Shown here: in pieces, positions 1-9,689 of the stretch
Layout: every line of letters begins with the position of its first letter
Numbering within the stretch: position 1 is the stretch's first letter
Virus record (IMG/VR): IMGVR_UViG_3300025437_000011
Location: 44,476-108,475 of that record
DNA from: a virus
Direction: 5' to 3' (one strand)
Length of the DNA stretch: 64,000 bases
Made by a program: the position numbers and the translations under genes
The notes under the pieces: generated by a model
Database searches by the model: none
Seen by the model: the letters and a program-made list of their open reading frames with translations, nothing else
Told to the model about the DNA's origin: nothing

Positions 1-480
1 AAAAAGTTTTCTCAATACGGATCATTCAAGCTAAATGATTTAAACGACAATAAAGATTGGATTATATATTCCGCAGCACTATCGTTTGATTCTTCCAAGG
101 GTGCAAAATTTTCTACTTGGCTAGGTAATCAGGTAAAGTATTACTGTTTGAATTTAAAAAACAAATCGTCGAAGTATGTTGAAACCGAAGAGTCAACTAT
201 TGAATTTTTAATCAACCAGTATTATAATGAAAATAAATCAACAGACTTGAAGGCGCAAATATTGTATACAGTACAAGATATCCTAGATCAAATTAAAGAT
301 AAGAATATAAAAAACGCAATTCATTATAGATACTTTTCGAACCAAGACCGAATTTTAAATTATTCCGAAATAGGCGAGATACTCAACGTGACACCACAAA
401 CCGTCTTGAACTGGCATAATAAATTTATAGAACTTGCGAAAAAAAAGTTGACTTCCCTTAACAATAGCGATATAATCTAA
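1..480 (+). CDS. RNA polymerase sigma-70-family factor (5'-truncated by window)
   Basis: Frame 1 is open from base 1: ...AALSFDSSKGAKFSTWLGNQVKYY (region 2 FDxxKGxKFSTY motif); C-terminal region-4 HTH LNYSEIGEILNVTPQTV. Confidence 0.85.
   Translation, partial: KKFSQYGSFKLNDLNDNKDWIIYSAALSFDSSKGAKFSTWLGNQVKYYCLNLKNKSSKYVETEESTIEFLINQYYNENKSTDLKAQILYTVQDILDQIKDKNIKNAIHYRYFSNQDRILNYSEIGEILNVTPQTVLNWHNKFIELAKKKLTSLNNSDII
448..476 (+). promoter_or_regulatory. sigma-70-type promoter
   Basis: TTGACT(448)-17 bp-TATAAT(471); ATG at 486. Confidence 0.8.
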
Positions 481-485
481 AACGT

Positions 486-761
486 ATGGAAAACACAAAC
501 ACAAATGGCGATAAGCCAAAGCTAGAAGAGGCCGGGGCACTATGGAAGCGCACCAGCAAGGCAGGGAATACGTATCTTAACGGTTCCTTTAAGACAAAAA
601 CAGGAGAAGAGGTTAAGGTTCTGATTTTTAGTAACTCCTCAAAGCCAGAGGGTTCAAATCAGCCAGACTACAGGGTTTATTTTGATAAGCCACTTGAGGC
701 ATCGGCTCAAAAGCCAGCCGCCAAGAAGGCACCCACAAAGAACGACGATATCCCATTTTAA
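486..761 (+). CDS. DUF736-like putative ssDNA-binding protein with SSB-type acidic tail
   Basis: GALWKRTSKAGNTYL...QPDYRV core; low-complexity linker ending DDIPF. Confidence 0.65.
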   Translation: MENTNTNGDKPKLEEAGALWKRTSKAGNTYLNGSFKTKTGEEVKVLIFSNSSKPEGSNQPDYRVYFDKPLEASAQKPAAKKAPTKNDDIPF

Positions 762-764
762 GCC

Positions 765-1853
765 GTGAGTGTAGCCCTACATCTACCGCTTAACTCAACG
801 TCATTAGGGCAAGTATCCTTTTCTATCCTGCGAGAAATTTACTCTCGCGGGATAGAGACGGTTCTTTTTCCGATTGGTGATGTAGACGCGTCCACGCAAA
901 AACAAGATCCAGATTTTTTTTCTTGGATTCATAATTCGATTCTATCAGCACAAAAAACCCACAATAGAAAAAATCCTATATTTAAACTTTGGCATCTTGC
1001 GGGAAGTCTTGAGAGTTTTTCCGAAAAACAAGTTCTTTTAAGTTTTTATGAACTAGATTCACCTACACCTCTTGAACTTAATATCGTAAAGAATAATGCA
1101 AAAGTTTTATTATCAAGTAATTATGCAGTTAATGTATTTAATAACTTTGGTTGCAATAATGTAGAATTTGTTCCACTAGCATTTGACGCTACTCATTTTA
1201 ATGTAGAAAATCAACAAAAAAACCGAACTGATATTCATTTTGGACTTTGCGGAAAGTTGGAACCACAAAGAAAAAGGCACTTAAAGGCACTGCAGGCTTG
1301 GGTTAAGAAGTACGGTAATAAATCAGGTTACTTTCTCAACTGTGCTATCTTTAATAGATTTTTAGATCCAAACGTTCAATCAAATATCATTAATGAATCC
1401 CTACAAGGCCAAAGATATTGGAACTTAAATTTCTTACCTTTCATGGAAAGTAATGAAATTTATAATAAATTTATTAATAATAATGACATTATTCTTGCGA
1501 CTAGCGGCGGTGAGGGGTGGGGACTTCCAGAATTTCAAAGCGTAGCAATCGGAAAGCATTGCGTCGGAATCAACGCGCATGCCTATAAAGATTGGATGAA
1601 TGAACAAAATTCCGTCTTAGTAAACCCTAACGGAAAAATTCCAGTATATGATGGCCTCTTCTTCCAACAGGGGGGCGAAATTAATCAGGGAAATATTTTT
1701 GATTGGGACGAAAATGATTTCATTAAGGGCATGGAAGAGGCAGAAGCTAGATTCAGAACCAATCCGGTAAATACAGCTGGATTAGAACTACAAGAAAAGT
1801 TTACCTATAAAAAAATGGTAGATTCCATCCTTAACACCCTTAACACTTTATGA
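765..1853 (+). CDS. GT-B glycosyltransferase (GT4-like)
   Basis: GEGWGLPEFQSVAIG resembles the GT4 E-x7-E nucleotide-sugar motif; 362 aa. Confidence 0.75.
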   Translation: MSVALHLPLNSTSLGQVSFSILREIYSRGIETVLFPIGDVDASTQKQDPDFFSWIHNSILSAQKTHNRKNPIFKLWHLAGSLESFSEKQVLLSFYELDSPTPLELNIVKNNAKVLLSSNYAVNVFNNFGCNNVEFVPLAFDATHFNVENQQKNRTDIHFGLCGKLEPQRKRHLKALQAWVKKYGNKSGYFLNCAIFNRFLDPNVQSNIINESLQGQRYWNLNFLPFMESNEIYNKFINNNDIILATSGGEGWGLPEFQSVAIGKHCVGINAHAYKDWMNEQNSVLVNPNGKIPVYDGLFFQQGGEINQGNIFDWDENDFIKGMEEAEARFRTNPVNTAGLELQEKFTYKKMVDSILNTLNTL

Positions 1854-2017
1854 ATCAAAATGAGCTTGAATTAATTAATAACGCGAGAGCATCTATTGAA
1901 AAAGTAATCTTTAAAGATGGAACCGAATACTTCAGAATGCCAAATGGTAATCTCGTGCGATCCACTCCAAGACCCCATAAAATTAGAAAAAAAAATAAAT
2001 TAATTAATAAAAAATAA
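1850..2017 (+). CDS. small hypothetical protein (55 aa, not in ORF track)
   Basis: MNQNELELINNARASIEKV...; ATGA and TAATG overlaps with both neighbours. Confidence 0.6.
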   Translation: MNQNELELINNARASIEKVIFKDGTEYFRMPNGNLVRSTPRPHKIRKKNKLINKK

Positions 2018-2445
2018 TGCCGTTTTATACTTTTCAACATCCCAAAACTGAAGAAATAATCGACATCTTCTTTAAGATGAACGATGAAAAAAAGTATATT
2101 GACGAAAAGGGCATAGCGTGGAACAGGGTATTTTATCCTCCAACTTTTGCATTTGATACCATGATTGACCCCCATGATGAAAAAGCATTTATAAAAAAAA
2201 CCGAAAAGGGTGGCACGGTAGGTGACCTTTTTGATATCTCTAAAGAGATGAGCGAAAGGCGTGGCGGCGACAAAAATGATGAAATCAAAGTAAAGTATAC
2301 CGAAAAGAAAAATAAAGAACTCGACGCTCAAGCACTAACAAACTTAAGAGAAGAAAGAAAGAAGCAGTTTGCAGAGTTTAAAAAATTAGACAAATCAAGA
2401 GTAAAACCAACAAAAAAGAATGTTGGAACTAAAAAAAACAAGTAG
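2017..2445 (+). CDS. hypothetical protein, FmdB-like N-terminus without Cys
   Basis: MPFYTFQHPKTEE...W.RVF pattern. Confidence 0.55.
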   Translation: MPFYTFQHPKTEEIIDIFFKMNDEKKYIDEKGIAWNRVFYPPTFAFDTMIDPHDEKAFIKKTEKGGTVGDLFDISKEMSERRGGDKNDEIKVKYTEKKNKELDAQALTNLREERKKQFAEFKKLDKSRVKPTKKNVGTKKNK

Positions 2446-2528
2446 GCCCCCAAAAATTTTCTTTTCCTATTTTTTAGTTTTCTTTGACCACAAGATGTTG
2501 TAATATACTAACACAACATTCTTATATT

Positions 2529-3500
2529 ATGATCTTTGAAGAACAAATCTCTCGTAAACCAAACTACTACCCTTGGACGGAAGAATTCATTGAGTCAATG
2601 CATAATGGATTCTGGACAGACAAAGAATTCTCCTTTAAATCGGACATCCAACAGTTTAAAGTCAACCTTAATGACCAAGAAAGAGAAATTATCGTAAGAA
2701 CCCTATCAGCCATTGGACAGATAGAAGTAGCCGTAAAGACATTTTGGGCCAAACTTGGAGAAAATCTCCCCCATCCAGCCCTACAAGATCTAGGGTATGT
2801 TATGGCAAATACAGAAGTAATCCATAATAATGCATATGAGAGACTTCTTTCTGTTTTAGATCTAGAGGATATTTTTGAGGAAAACCTCAAACTTGAGTGG
2901 ATTCAGGGTAGAGTAAATTATCTAAGAAAGTATACACACCGTTTTTATAAAGACTCAAAAAAGCAATATCTTTACGCACTGATTCTTTTTACTCTTTTTG
3001 TAGAGAATGTTTCCCTATTCTCTCAATTTTATGTTATTAATTGGTTTGCGCGTTTTAAGAACGTACTCAAGGATACAGATCAACAAGTTAAATATACAAG
3101 AAACGAAGAAAATATTCATGCGCTTGTTGGGATTAAAATTATCAATACAATCCGAAAAGAATATCCTGAGCTATTTGACGACGAGCTAGAAGAAAAAATT
3201 CTTTCCGAAGCCAAAGAAGCACTAAAGTCTGAATCTAAAATTGTTGACTGGATGATTAATGGGATTCAAGAAGAGGGACTAAACGCGCCGCTATTAAAAG
3301 AATTTATTAAAAATCGCATTAATGATTCTCTAAAACAGATTGGCTTCAAGAAAGCATTTGATGTAGATAAGACTCTATTAAAAAAGACCTTATGGTTTGA
3401 TGAAGAATTACTAGGAAACAATATGACGGATTTCTTTCATTCTAGGCCCGTAGAATATTCAAAGAAAAGTCAATCATTTGATGAATCAGACTTGTTTTAA
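2529..3500 (+). CDS. nrdB: ribonucleotide reductase class I beta subunit
   Basis: FWTDKEF, EVIHNNAY (radical Tyr), VENVSLFSQF, EENIH, DFFHSRPVEY. Confidence 0.95.
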   Translation: MIFEEQISRKPNYYPWTEEFIESMHNGFWTDKEFSFKSDIQQFKVNLNDQEREIIVRTLSAIGQIEVAVKTFWAKLGENLPHPALQDLGYVMANTEVIHNNAYERLLSVLDLEDIFEENLKLEWIQGRVNYLRKYTHRFYKDSKKQYLYALILFTLFVENVSLFSQFYVINWFARFKNVLKDTDQQVKYTRNEENIHALVGIKIINTIRKEYPELFDDELEEKILSEAKEALKSESKIVDWMINGIQEEGLNAPLLKEFIKNRINDSLKQIGFKKAFDVDKTLLKKTLWFDEELLGNNMTDFFHSRPVEYSKKSQSFDESDLF

Positions 3501-3526
3501 GACTCAGTCTATAGTATAATACTTTC

Positions 3527-5188
3527 ATGAGTGGAGAAGTAAATACAGATATCTATTGGTTGAATAAAGATTCCAGAAAGTTTCTACAAAGAGGTTATCT
3601 TCTAGAGGATGAATCTCCGGAACAAAGAATCCGCGATATTGCAGAAGCCGCAGAAAAAATTTTAAAGCAACACGAGTTTGCCAATAAGTTTGAAAACTAC
3701 ATGCATAGAGGTTTTTATTCTTTGGCGTCCCCTATTTGGGCGAACTTTGGCAGAAAGCGCGGACTACCCATTTCCTGTTTTGGCTCCCATATTCCAGACA
3801 CAATGGAAGGAATCCTAGAAAAAGTTTCAGAAGTTGGTATGATGACTAAGGGTGGCGGCGGAACTTCAGCATTTTTTGGTGAATTGCGTGGTCGTGGAGA
3901 GTCGATTTCTTCTGGCGGCGAATCAACTGGATCAGTACACTTTATGGAGTTATTTGATAAGTTGATGAATGTAGTTTCGCAAGGAAATGTTCGTCGTGGT
4001 AGTTTCGCTTCTTATCTTCCTATTGACCATAAAGACATAGAAGAGTTCTTAAAAATTCGCAGCGAGGGTAATAGTATTCAAGATCTCTCAATTGGAGTTA
4101 CTATTTCCGATGAATGGATGAAAGATATGATTGATGGAGATAAAGAAAAGCGTAGAATTTGGGGGTTAGTTATCAAGAAACGCTTTGAAAGCGGTTATCC
4201 CTATATTTTCTTTACTGACAATGTAAATAATCAGGCACCACAAGTATATAAAGATAAGGAATTGAAAATCAATCATTCAAACTTATGTACTGAAATTATG
4301 CTTCCAAATCAGGCAGACGAATCATTTGTTTGTGACCTTTCCTCAATGAATCTTGATCGCTGGGAAGAATGGAAAGATACTGATGCAGTAGAGACTATGA
4401 TTTGGTTTCTTGATGCTGTGATGACTGAATTTATCAATAAAACAGAAGGCATGCAATTTATGGATGCACCTAGAAAATTTGCAATACGTCATCGCGCCCT
4501 TGGACTTGGAGTTTTGGGCTGGCACTCACTATTGCAGTCTAAAATGATTCCCTTTGAGTCAATGGAGGCAAAGTTTCTTAATAATACTATTTGGAAAACA
4601 ATTAGAAACAAGGCTGATTTTGCAACACAAAAACTTGCAGAAGTTTATGGCGAACCAGAAGTTTTAAAGGGATATGAAAGAAGAAACACAACAACATTAG
4701 CTATCGCCCCAACTACCTCTTCATCATTTATCCTTGGTCAAGTATCTCCAAGTATTGAGCCTCTAGAAAGTAATTATTTTGTTAAAGATTTAGCAAAAGG
4801 CAAGTTCACACATAAAAACCCTTATTTAAAAAAACTTTTAAAAGAAAAAGGAAAGAACGATGATGATACATGGATGGATATTTTAAAGCACGGCGGATCT
4901 GTTCAACATTTAGACTTCTTAACACAAGAAGAGAAGGATGTGTTTAAAACATTTGCAGAAACATCACAACGCGAAATAGTAATTCAAGCGGCCGGGCGCC
5001 AGAAATATATTGATCAGGGGCAAAGCTTAAATCTTATGATTCCAGCCGGAACTCCACCAAAAGCAGTCAACGAGCTTAATATTTTTGCTTGGGAACAGGG
5101 CATTAAAAGCCTATACTATCAACGTAGCTCTAACCCAGCTAAAGATTTGGCCCGTTCGATTATGACCTGCAAATCTTGCGAAGCTTAA
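3527..5188 (+). CDS. nrdA: ribonucleotide reductase class I alpha subunit (short, no ATP cone)
   Basis: PISCF, SNLCTEI, IAPTTSSS, KSLYY, C-terminal CKSC. Confidence 0.95.
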   Translation: MSGEVNTDIYWLNKDSRKFLQRGYLLEDESPEQRIRDIAEAAEKILKQHEFANKFENYMHRGFYSLASPIWANFGRKRGLPISCFGSHIPDTMEGILEKVSEVGMMTKGGGGTSAFFGELRGRGESISSGGESTGSVHFMELFDKLMNVVSQGNVRRGSFASYLPIDHKDIEEFLKIRSEGNSIQDLSIGVTISDEWMKDMIDGDKEKRRIWGLVIKKRFESGYPYIFFTDNVNNQAPQVYKDKELKINHSNLCTEIMLPNQADESFVCDLSSMNLDRWEEWKDTDAVETMIWFLDAVMTEFINKTEGMQFMDAPRKFAIRHRALGLGVLGWHSLLQSKMIPFESMEAKFLNNTIWKTIRNKADFATQKLAEVYGEPEVLKGYERRNTTTLAIAPTTSSSFILGQVSPSIEPLESNYFVKDLAKGKFTHKNPYLKKLLKEKGKNDDDTWMDILKHGGSVQHLDFLTQEEKDVFKTFAETSQREIVIQAAGRQKYIDQGQSLNLMIPAGTPPKAVNELNIFAWEQGIKSLYYQRSSNPAKDLARSIMTCKSCEA

Positions 5189-5562
5189 TGGAATTAAATA
5201 ATCAGAACTACGAAGAATTGGACTCTACAATAGAGGACAAATTAATGGGAAATTTGCAGTGGTCTATGTTATTTTTTCTATTTAATAGAATATCCAAGGG
5301 AACCAAAGACCCAAATCTTTCAAAAGAGTTTTTTAAGGGATGGAAGAGGTTTACAGCCGCAAACCTAATAAAAAAAGACCTACAAACCATTAACGCAGTG
5401 TTAAATTCTCCTAAAAATATGTTTCACTCCTTATTGAGAAATAGTAATGAAACTCTAGAAAGTACAGAAATATATCAAGAAAAATATAACAGAATAATAA
5501 AAAATATAGAAAATTTCTATTTTAATAGTATTAATTCAGAAAATGACGAGGATGATAGTTAA
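5188..5562 (+). CDS. hypothetical protein
   Basis: TAATG coupling to nrdA. Confidence 0.65.
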   Translation: MELNNQNYEELDSTIEDKLMGNLQWSMLFFLFNRISKGTKDPNLSKEFFKGWKRFTAANLIKKDLQTINAVLNSPKNMFHSLLRNSNETLESTEIYQEKYNRIIKNIENFYFNSINSENDEDDS

Positions 5563-5577
5563 GTGTAATATATTATT

Positions 5578-6042
5578 ATGGAAATAGTAAAGTCATCAAA
5601 ACTCAGCATTAACGAATCGGCAATTGTTGATAGTGCAATCAAGGCAGTTTTTCAAGCACAAAATCAACAGGTTGACTCCTATTTCCCAAATGTATCATAT
5701 TTTATTTCCAATGATCCGAGTGAACATCCAAATTTAATAGTAAACATTAATGCATTAGAGGGTTCGCCGCTAAGTAAAATGAAAGAACTTAATAGAATTT
5801 TTGCCCATATCTTTCCCGGTTCATTTATAGAGCCAAGATATATTCTCGCCGCATATGAGAATCCAGCCATAGAACCTATTATTCAACACGCTCCCGTGGA
5901 GCCCGTGGTGGAAAATTCAATCACTGAAAAAGTTGAAGAACTAAAAAAAGAAGTTACACAATTAGAGACAGAGGTTGCCGATCCCGCTATTAAGATCAAT
6001 ACAGACTTAAATATTGAATCAGAAGGTTCTCATATTAATTAA
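5578..6042 (+). CDS. hypothetical protein
   Basis: ORF preceded by GTGTAAT at 5563. Confidence 0.7.
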   Translation: MEIVKSSKLSINESAIVDSAIKAVFQAQNQQVDSYFPNVSYFISNDPSEHPNLIVNINALEGSPLSKMKELNRIFAHIFPGSFIEPRYILAAYENPAIEPIIQHAPVEPVVENSITEKVEELKKEVTQLETEVADPAIKINTDLNIESEGSHIN

Positions 6043-6083
6043 TTATTTTAAATATACGGTCTCCGGTATATAATACTAGAGAC

Positions 6084-7139
6084 ATGAGCACTGAAATTAA
6101 AAAAGTAATTGTAACCGGAATTACAGGACAGGACGGTAGTTACATGGTTGACTACTTATTAGAAAATACTAACCATGAGATCTATGGAGTGGTTAGGAGA
6201 ACTAGTACATTAAATACTATTAATATTTCTCAATTTCTTGATAATCCTAGATTCCACTTGTTCACCGGAGATTTATCGGATTCCCAAGCTATTGATAATT
6301 TAGTTAGAGAGATTGTCCCTGATTATTTTATTAATTTAGCCGCACAAAGTTTTGTAGGCAGTAGCTGGCAAATCCCCGAACAGACTTTTGACGTTGGCGC
6401 AATGGGTGTATTGAGATGCCTTGAGGCCGTCCGAAAGCATGCGCCAAATTGCCGTTTTTATAATGCCGGATCTAGTGAAGAGCTTGGAAATGTAGATTAC
6501 TCTCCACAAAATGAGAAACACCCCTTAAAACCAAGAAGCCCATACGGTGCCGCTAAAGCCGCCGCTAGACATCTTGTAAAAGTATATAGGGAAAGTTATA
6601 ATCTTTATGCAATTCAAGGGCTATTATATAATCACGAGTCCGAGCGTCGGGGAGAAGAATTTGTTACCAGAAAAATAACTAAAGCTGTTGGCAGAATTAG
6701 AAATTCATTAAATAATAATTTACCATATTTACCCTTAGAGCTTGGAAATCTTGATGCAAAAAGAGACTGGAGTCATGCCCAAGATTTTGTTGATGGGATT
6801 TGGAAGATGTTAAACCAAGAGCAGCCAAGGGAATATATTTTGTCTTCTGGAGAAACACATACAGTTCGTGAGTTTGTAGAAAGGTCACTTGAAATTGCCG
6901 GAATCAAGGGGGAGTGGACAAACGAGGGAGTGAATGAAACCTATATCTATGGAGATGCTGTTTTAGTAAAAATTAACCCCGTATTCTACCGTCCGGCAGA
7001 AGTAGATCTTTTATGGGGAGACTCTACCGAGGCTAGAATTAATTTAGGATGGCTGCCCCAAAACACTTTTACTGATTTAGTAAATAGAATGGTTAAAAAT
7101 GATATAAATAGTATTTTACTTGAGAATGGTCTAAAATAA
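6084..7139 (+). CDS. gmd: GDP-mannose 4,6-dehydratase
   Basis: GITGQDGSY, NLAAQSFV, SPYGAAK, NHESERRGEEFVTRKIT, LGNLDAKRDW, YRPAEVDLL. Confidence 0.95.
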   Translation: MSTEIKKVIVTGITGQDGSYMVDYLLENTNHEIYGVVRRTSTLNTINISQFLDNPRFHLFTGDLSDSQAIDNLVREIVPDYFINLAAQSFVGSSWQIPEQTFDVGAMGVLRCLEAVRKHAPNCRFYNAGSSEELGNVDYSPQNEKHPLKPRSPYGAAKAAARHLVKVYRESYNLYAIQGLLYNHESERRGEEFVTRKITKAVGRIRNSLNNNLPYLPLELGNLDAKRDWSHAQDFVDGIWKMLNQEQPREYILSSGETHTVREFVERSLEIAGIKGEWTNEGVNETYIYGDAVLVKINPVFYRPAEVDLLWGDSTEARINLGWLPQNTFTDLVNRMVKNDINSILLENGLK

Positions 7140-7152
7140 GATTAGAATTTTT

Positions 7153-7341
7153 ATGGATGCAGAAAAGAAATTCAACACCTGTAAATTTAGATCTGAAAAC
7201 GAAGAAGAAAGACTCGTTAAAAAGTGTAGCTGCAAAGGGGGAGGATCAACAACTCTTACTGGATTCTTCTGCAATAAAAGACAAATCTTTAAAATTACAA
7301 AAGAAGTCTGCCAACACTGCCCCCTGTACCAGCATAAATAA
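7153..7341 (+). CDS. small Cys-rich hypothetical protein
   Basis: Six Cys including CSC and CQHC; overlaps next ORF out of frame. Confidence 0.55.
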   Translation: MDAEKKFNTCKFRSENEEERLVKKCSCKGGGSTTLTGFFCNKRQIFKITKEVCQHCPLYQHK

Positions 7342-7678
7342 GCGAGAATTTGTTTTAAAATTCGTTAAAGACTCTTCGGCCATAGTTTGGCCCAAGGAAA
7401 TGAAAATGGTTAATACACTATTTAAAATAGCGCCAGATGATACATTTTGGAGATCTTTAGACTTGGGGTTTAAGCTTAACAGCCTATGCTGGTTCTTATC
7501 AGATGATGGCCGAAGGTTTCTAAATACAGAATATAAGAAGTTTAAATTTGAACCCGTTACGCCAGAAAAATTTCAATTAGAAAAAAATAATATTGTAATT
7601 AACGACAAATTAGGCGAAACTGTAGGAGCACCTATGACAGTGCGCGAATTTTTAACACTATGGCAAAAGAAGAACTAA
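7157..7678 (+). CDS. hypothetical protein
   Basis: 173 aa ORF overlapping recA start; TTGAGA(7120)-17-TAGAAT(7143) upstream. Confidence 0.65.
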   Translation: MQKRNSTPVNLDLKTKKKDSLKSVAAKGEDQQLLLDSSAIKDKSLKLQKKSANTAPCTSINKREFVLKFVKDSSAIVWPKEMKMVNTLFKIAPDDTFWRSLDLGFKLNSLCWFLSDDGRRFLNTEYKKFKFEPVTPEKFQLEKNNIVINDKLGETVGAPMTVREFLTLWQKKN

Positions 7679-8763
7679 AATCATCAGGATCAAGCAAAGC
7701 AGTCCTTAACTCCTTCCTAAAGGACACTAAGGGTGAGCATTATAATTTTGAAGACGAAAAAACATTTAATGTATCTACAGGATCGCTACTACTAGACTCT
7801 GAAATGGGGGGGTCCTTGGAGGTTCCAGCCATTTTACGCTTTACCGGGGTAAGCGGCGGAGGTAAGACCAGTTCGGCACTTCTGATTATGAAAAATTTCT
7901 TAGATACAGTTCCCAACGCCAAGGGCTTCTTGATTAAGGCAGAAGGACGATTAAACTCTAACGTAAAGAACGTTTCTGGAATTAAATTTGTAGATAAGGC
8001 TGATAACTGGGAGAATGGAACATGCTTTGTTCTTAAAACAAATATCTATGAGAATATAGCTACAATTATTCTAGAACTTATTAAGAATAATCCTGATGGC
8101 TCTCGTTATTATTTTTTAATTGATAGTATGGATGCCCTTATTGCAAAAAATGATTCCCTAAAAGGGTTTGAAGATAGTCAAAAGGTAGCGGCGGGAGCAG
8201 TGATCAGTTCACACTTCTTAAAGCAAATTATGTTGCCACTATCTACTTTTGGCCATGTTTGTGCTCTAATCTCACAGGTTCGTTCAAATGTTCAAATTAA
8301 TCCCTATGCAAAGTCAGATCCAAAACTAACCAATAGTTCTGGCGGAAATGCTTTGCAGCACTATGCAGACTGGATTTTTGAATTTCAACCAAGATATAAG
8401 GCAGATCAGATTGTAGAAGATGGCAAAATTATCGGCCATTGGGCGAAGATTCTCCTAAGAAAAACAACAAACGAAAAAGAAGGCACAGAAATTTTATATC
8501 CAATTAGGCACGGAAGAACTGGCGGTAACTCCGTATGGATTGAATACGAAGTAGCAGATATGCTTATTCAATGGGGCTTTGCTAAGAAGGCGGGCGCATG
8601 GATTACCTTTGATGCTGGACTGTTGAAAGATATTAAAGATAATACGAAAATTGATTGTGAAGAAAAAGTTCAGGGTATGGAAAAACTACGCGAAATGCTA
8701 GAAGAAAAGAAAGAAATTTGCAACTATCTTTTTCATAAATTCAAAGGAGCGCTCGCTAAATGA
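7660..8763 (+). CDS. recA: RecA/UvsX-like recombinase
   Basis: STGSLLLD, Walker A GVSGGGKT, LIDSMDAL, ISQVR, SGGNALQHYAD, KAGAW. Confidence 0.9.
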   Translation: MAKEELKSSGSSKAVLNSFLKDTKGEHYNFEDEKTFNVSTGSLLLDSEMGGSLEVPAILRFTGVSGGGKTSSALLIMKNFLDTVPNAKGFLIKAEGRLNSNVKNVSGIKFVDKADNWENGTCFVLKTNIYENIATIILELIKNNPDGSRYYFLIDSMDALIAKNDSLKGFEDSQKVAAGAVISSHFLKQIMLPLSTFGHVCALISQVRSNVQINPYAKSDPKLTNSSGGNALQHYADWIFEFQPRYKADQIVEDGKIIGHWAKILLRKTTNEKEGTEILYPIRHGRTGGNSVWIEYEVADMLIQWGFAKKAGAWITFDAGLLKDIKDNTKIDCEEKVQGMEKLREMLEEKKEICNYLFHKFKGALAK

Positions 8764-9689
8764 GTCTATGCGCAAATATTGCAGTTAGAATAGAAGGCGG
8801 TATTGGTGATCACCTACTAGCAAATAGGTTCGCAGCTTCTATTAGAGAAAAATGTCCAAATTCAAAAATTCATATGTACTCTGATACCGAAGGTGCGCCC
8901 AAGGCGGCAGAGTTACTATTTAAATATTTTCCATATATTTATAATTCTTATGAGATTTTACCTAAAAGACTAAACAAAAATCATACAATTAATTCACAAT
9001 TTGGTAATGAATTATACCCCTCAGATATACGAAATCTGCCCCAGAATTTCTTGGAAAAATTTCGACAAGCAGATAAATTTTATGATTTACATATAGATGG
9101 CTTAAGGTGGCTAGATGAAGATTTTGACTGGTATCGTTATTTTTATTTTTTTCCAAAACCAGTTTTTCAAGCTGAAAAACTAGAAGAAAAGCCCTTTATT
9201 TTAGCCAATCTCTATGCTCGTCCCAATTCGTGCTACGGACTAAATGCTGAAAAAGTCGAAACTATATTAAATAGTTTATCTACCATTAGCAATGTTATCG
9301 TTCCAACAACGGAAGAAAATAAAGCATTCTATAGTTTTAATAAAAACCCCTTAGTTGAAATAAGGGTAGCCGATCTAGATGAGGTGTTTTCCCTATCTAG
9401 TCAGTGCATAGCATTTTTAGGGATAGATTCCGGCATTAGGTGTATGCCCTATTATTTCGGAAAACCCACTTTTTACTTTACTCCCTTCTGCTCTTCTTAT
9501 GGAAGCATAAGTTCGGCACATTTATTGAGATGGGTTATCTTTGAAAAGAATGCCTTCCCGATGGACTTTAGTAGTGATAATGTTTTAAGTATTTTAAATA
9601 CTGCAATAACACATAAAGCCGGAGTTTTACTGCCATATTTACCCTCCAGCACATTCAATAACCATATTATTAAAAGAATCTATGAATAA
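8760..9689 (+). CDS. GT9 (heptosyltransferase-like) glycosyltransferase
   Basis: GGIGDHLL at N-terminus; FLGIDSG...GKPT at C-terminus. Confidence 0.7.
   Translation: MSLCANIAVRIEGGIGDHLLANRFAASIREKCPNSKIHMYSDTEGAPKAAELLFKYFPYIYNSYEILPKRLNKNHTINSQFGNELYPSDIRNLPQNFLEKFRQADKFYDLHIDGLRWLDEDFDWYRYFYFFPKPVFQAEKLEEKPFILANLYARPNSCYGLNAEKVETILNSLSTISNVIVPTTEENKAFYSFNKNPLVEIRVADLDEVFSLSSQCIAFLGIDSGIRCMPYYFGKPTFYFTPFCSSYGSISSAHLLRWVIFEKNAFPMDFSSDNVLSILNTAITHKAGVLLPYLPSSTFNNHIIKRIYE

Noticed and set aside
1855-2890. Antisense ORFs (1855-2331, 2567-2890 and many similar, such as 25445, 27067, 44995, 60553)
   Set aside because: Shadows of well-supported genes on the opposite strand, with no motifs
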